Source: Chiloscyllium plagiosum (taxonomy: Eukaryota). Taken from it: DNA of 38,924 bases. The notes beneath the pieces are model-generated. The model was not told where the DNA came from. It searched no databases and saw only the letters and a list, made by a program, of their open reading frames with translations. The DNA lies in assembly GCF_004010195.1 (NCBI RefSeq), contig NC_057753.1:6229179-6268102 (forward strand). The letters are read 5' to 3'. Made by a program: the position numbers and the translations under genes. Positions 36,556 through 38,924 of the stretch are shown piece after piece; the first letter of the stretch is position 1, and every line of letters starts with the position of its first letter.

Positions 36556-36569
36556 AACTGTGTTGAGGC

Positions 36570-36892
36570 CTTATAGTTAAGATTATACAGATGATTTGGA
36601 TAACGGAATTCCATTTATGCATCTTGCGATCAGAGATATGACAAATGAATCGACAAAATACAACTCTGTACAATTAGTTTTTGGACAAAAAGTAATAGAT
36701 TGATTAAGGAGAAAATTATAAGTCAGAATTCAGACATTAGATATTGGCATATATGCCGACGTTTCGGTAACAAGTAAATAAATGGAACAGAGCAGATGGA
36801 GCTGTCGAGACAATTCAAAAGTATGAGAACAGACAATGAAATGGGAATGCGAGAAGAAAACAGAAACTCCCAATTTTGCTGTCGGAGATAAG
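36570..36892 (+). mobile_element. Gmr1-like integrase C-terminal fragment
   Basis: GIPFMHLAIRDMTNESTKYNSVQLVFGQKV and ETPNFAVGDKV, homologous to ~32820-33120. Confidence 0.75.
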
Positions 36893-36982
36893 GTGATTTG
36901 GAGATGCCAGTCTTGGACTGGGGTGTACAAAGTTAAAAATCACACAACACCATGTTATACTCCAACAGGTTTAATTGGAAGC

Positions 36983-37020
36983 ACGCTAGCTTTCGGAGCG
37001 ACACTCCTTCATCAGGTGAT
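36983..37020 (-). ncRNA. Minimal hammerhead ribozyme motif in the Penelope terminal repeat
   Basis: Minus strand AUCAC-CUGAUGA-A-GGAGU-GUC-GCUCC-GAAA-GC-UA-GCGU: intact core boxes, 5-bp stem II, palindromic AGCU in place of stem III. Confidence 0.75.
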
Positions 37021-37439
37021 AATGGAGGGCTCAATCCTAACACAGAATTTATAGCAAGAATGTATTGTGTGATGTAACTGAAATTATACATTGAAAAATT
37101 GATTTCCTGTTAAGCCTTTCATTTGTTAGAGTACAGTGATAGTTTCAGTTATTTCATGCTTAAATCACAAAACATTTTTTTAAACGTTGCATTCTCGGGT
37201 TAGCCATTAACAATGGTGATAGCAAGACAGTATGTTGAAGGTGTTGGCCCCCAGTGTTCTCCGTTATGCCATGATGTTTAGATTGATTGTAATCTAAAAA
37301 GTGAGATCACGGAGTTTTTCATAAATTCATGCAGTTTTTGAGCTCAGAGTTCTACATGAATACATGCAGTTTTTGAGCAAAGTACAATGCAAGTACAAAT
37401 ATATGTGTGCATGTGGGTCTTTGTCTGTCTGTCTGGTTT

Positions 37440-37650
37440 GGGGGTTGTGAGTGTGAGAAAGTGTATGTGTGTGGTGAGTTCAGAGTGTCTTAAGTCTGTG
37501 AGGGAGTGCATGTGTGAGTGTGGGAGAGTGTGTGTCTTTCAGGGTGTGTAAAGGTGTCTGTGTGCACCTCTGTGTGCATGTGTGTCCGTGTGTATGTGTG
37601 TGTAGAAGTGTCTCTGTGTGTGTGAGTGTGCAGGAGTATCTGTGAGTCTG
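37440..37650. repeat. Degenerate (TG)n/(CA)n low-complexity tract
   Basis: Directly visible TG-rich sequence within the Penelope 3' region. Confidence 0.9.
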
Positions 37651-37666
37651 TATAGTGCAATGGTGG

Positions 37667-38135
37667 TCACCTGTAATGTGACATGAACCCAAGGTCACGG
37701 TTGAGGCCCTCCCTATGGGTACCGAACTTGGCTATCATCCTCTGCTCGGCCACTTTTCTCTGCTGCCTGTCCCGAAGTCCACCTTGGAAGATGGTCACCC
37801 AAAGGTCCGAGGCTGAATGTCCAGGAGCATTGAAGTGTTCCCCAACTGGGAGGGAGCCCTCCTGTCTTTTGTTTGTTGTGCGGTGCCCATTCATCCGTTG
37901 TCGTTGTCTTTGCTCGGTTTCCCCAATGTACCATGCCTCTGGGCATCCTTGCCTGCAACTTATGAGATAGACAACGTTGGCTGATTCACATGAGTATCTG
38001 CCATGTACATGGTGGGAGGTGTCCCCAAGTGTAATGGTGGTATCTATGTCCACACTCTGACACATCTTGCAGCGCCTAAAGTGACAGGGTTGTATGGAGT
38101 TGTCCTGAGAGCCGGGAAACTTGCTACGAAAATGA
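37667..38135 (-). pseudogene. Penelope GIY-YIG endonuclease domain (open frame, RT missing)
   Basis: VVY...YIG bipartite motif, conserved R, E and GLN motifs, Cys-rich linker. The upstream ATG at 38182 probably lies in flanking DNA. Confidence 0.85.
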
Positions 38136-38324
38136 ACGTGGGATATGGAATTTGCAGAGGTATTATTGCGTTGCTCACTCATTCCGCGTGTGTCAATTTA
38201 TCTTTGGTTCAGTGATTCAATTCATGAGCATTTATGGAAGTTTTGACATTTGTAACATCACAAGAATTATCCCTCTCGACATAAAGTCATTATAAAACTC
38301 ACGTGTTTGAGTCTACAGGATTAC

Positions 38325-38700
38325 CTTATAGAGTCATCGAGTCCGACAGCACAGAGACAAGTCCTTTTGCGTAAACTGGTCCATGCTGATTAATTTGGTC
38401 ACTCGCACTGACCACATTTTTACACACTTGACCTATATACTTATCATTTTTTACTATACATGTATTTGTACAAATGAATTTAGAAGCTGTTTATGTACTC
38501 GAGTCAAGAAATTGACTGGGAGCTCATTCCTTTTGCATACCAAACTCAATGTAAAAAGTTGTCCCTCAAATTCCCTTTTATTCTTTCCCTTCTAAACTTA
38601 AACTGATGCCCTCTCGTCCTCCGTTCCCCAACCCTGGCAAAACAACTGAGCGCATTCACCCTATTCATGCCTCTCATCGTCATATAAACTTCAATAAGAT
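38325..38700 (-). mobile_element. Old CR1 3' fragment
   Basis: (AGAGTCAT)-type tail at ~38330; CCTCTCATCGTCATATAAACTTCAATAAGAT is the reverse of LIEVYMTMRG. Confidence 0.7.
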
Positions 38701-38924
38701 ATAGAAGAATACAGCGCAGTACAGGCCCTTTGGCCCTCGATGTTGCGCCGATCCAAGCCCACCTAACCTATACTAACCCACTATCCTCCATATACCTATC
38801 CAATGCCCGCTTAAACGCCCATAAAGAGGGAGAGTCCACCACTGCTGCTGGCAGGGCATTCCATGAACTTACGACTCGCTGAATGAAGAACCTACCCCTA
38901 ACTTCAGTCCAATATCTACCCCCC
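38701..38924 (-). mobile_element. CR1 3' end, same subfamily as 1-597, cut by the window edge
   Basis: The reverse complement aligns by eye with ~370-592 (e.g. GGTTAGGTGGGCTTGGATCGGCGCAACATCGAGGGCCAAAGGG). Confidence 0.92.

Larger units (their letters stand above)
36893..38135 (-). mobile_element. Penelope-like retroelement, 5'-truncated (GIY-YIG endonuclease + 3' terminal repeat)
   Basis: ORF 37667..38182: CHFRRCKMC, YSCESANVVYLISC...WYIGET...RMNGHR...VGEHF...GLNRD; followed by a (CA)-rich tract and a terminal region with a hammerhead motif. Confidence 0.92.

Noticed and set aside
1..38924. Inverted similarity between the two window ends (~370-592 vs 38701-38924), resembling terminal inverted repeats of a giant element
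   Set aside because: Both are ordinary CR1 3' ends of one abundant subfamily with several mismatches. No transposase or polymerase gene lies between them. Scaffolds commonly end in such repeats.

Overview
Eukaryotic, transposon-dense genomic window with two N gaps (1234-1733, 31308-31521). The repeat families (CR1/HER1-type LINEs with (TTCTATG)n tails, HE1-type tRNA SINEs, Penelope elements) point to a cartilaginous fish, probably a shark; this is an inference. There is one apparently intact host gene: a two-exon, minus-strand class A GPCR of the GPR139/GPR142-like family (exon 1 23592-23526, ~9 kb phase-1 GT-AG intron, exon 2 14513-13636; 314 aa). The ORF track misses exon 1. The rest is mostly nested mobile DNA: about 11 CR1 fragments, several SINEs, Rex1/Babar LINE pieces, at least five fragments of Gmr1-like Gypsy LTR retrotransposons (SCAN-like gag, integrase placed before RT), and Penelope-like elements. 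One Penelope copy has a GIY-YIG ORF and a minimal hammerhead-ribozyme motif. Most short ORFs in the track are TE fragments, antisense shadows of CR1 ORF2, or gap artefacts. I see no prokaryote-type system (CRISPR, operons). All family assignments come from visual motif recognition, and TE boundaries are approximate.
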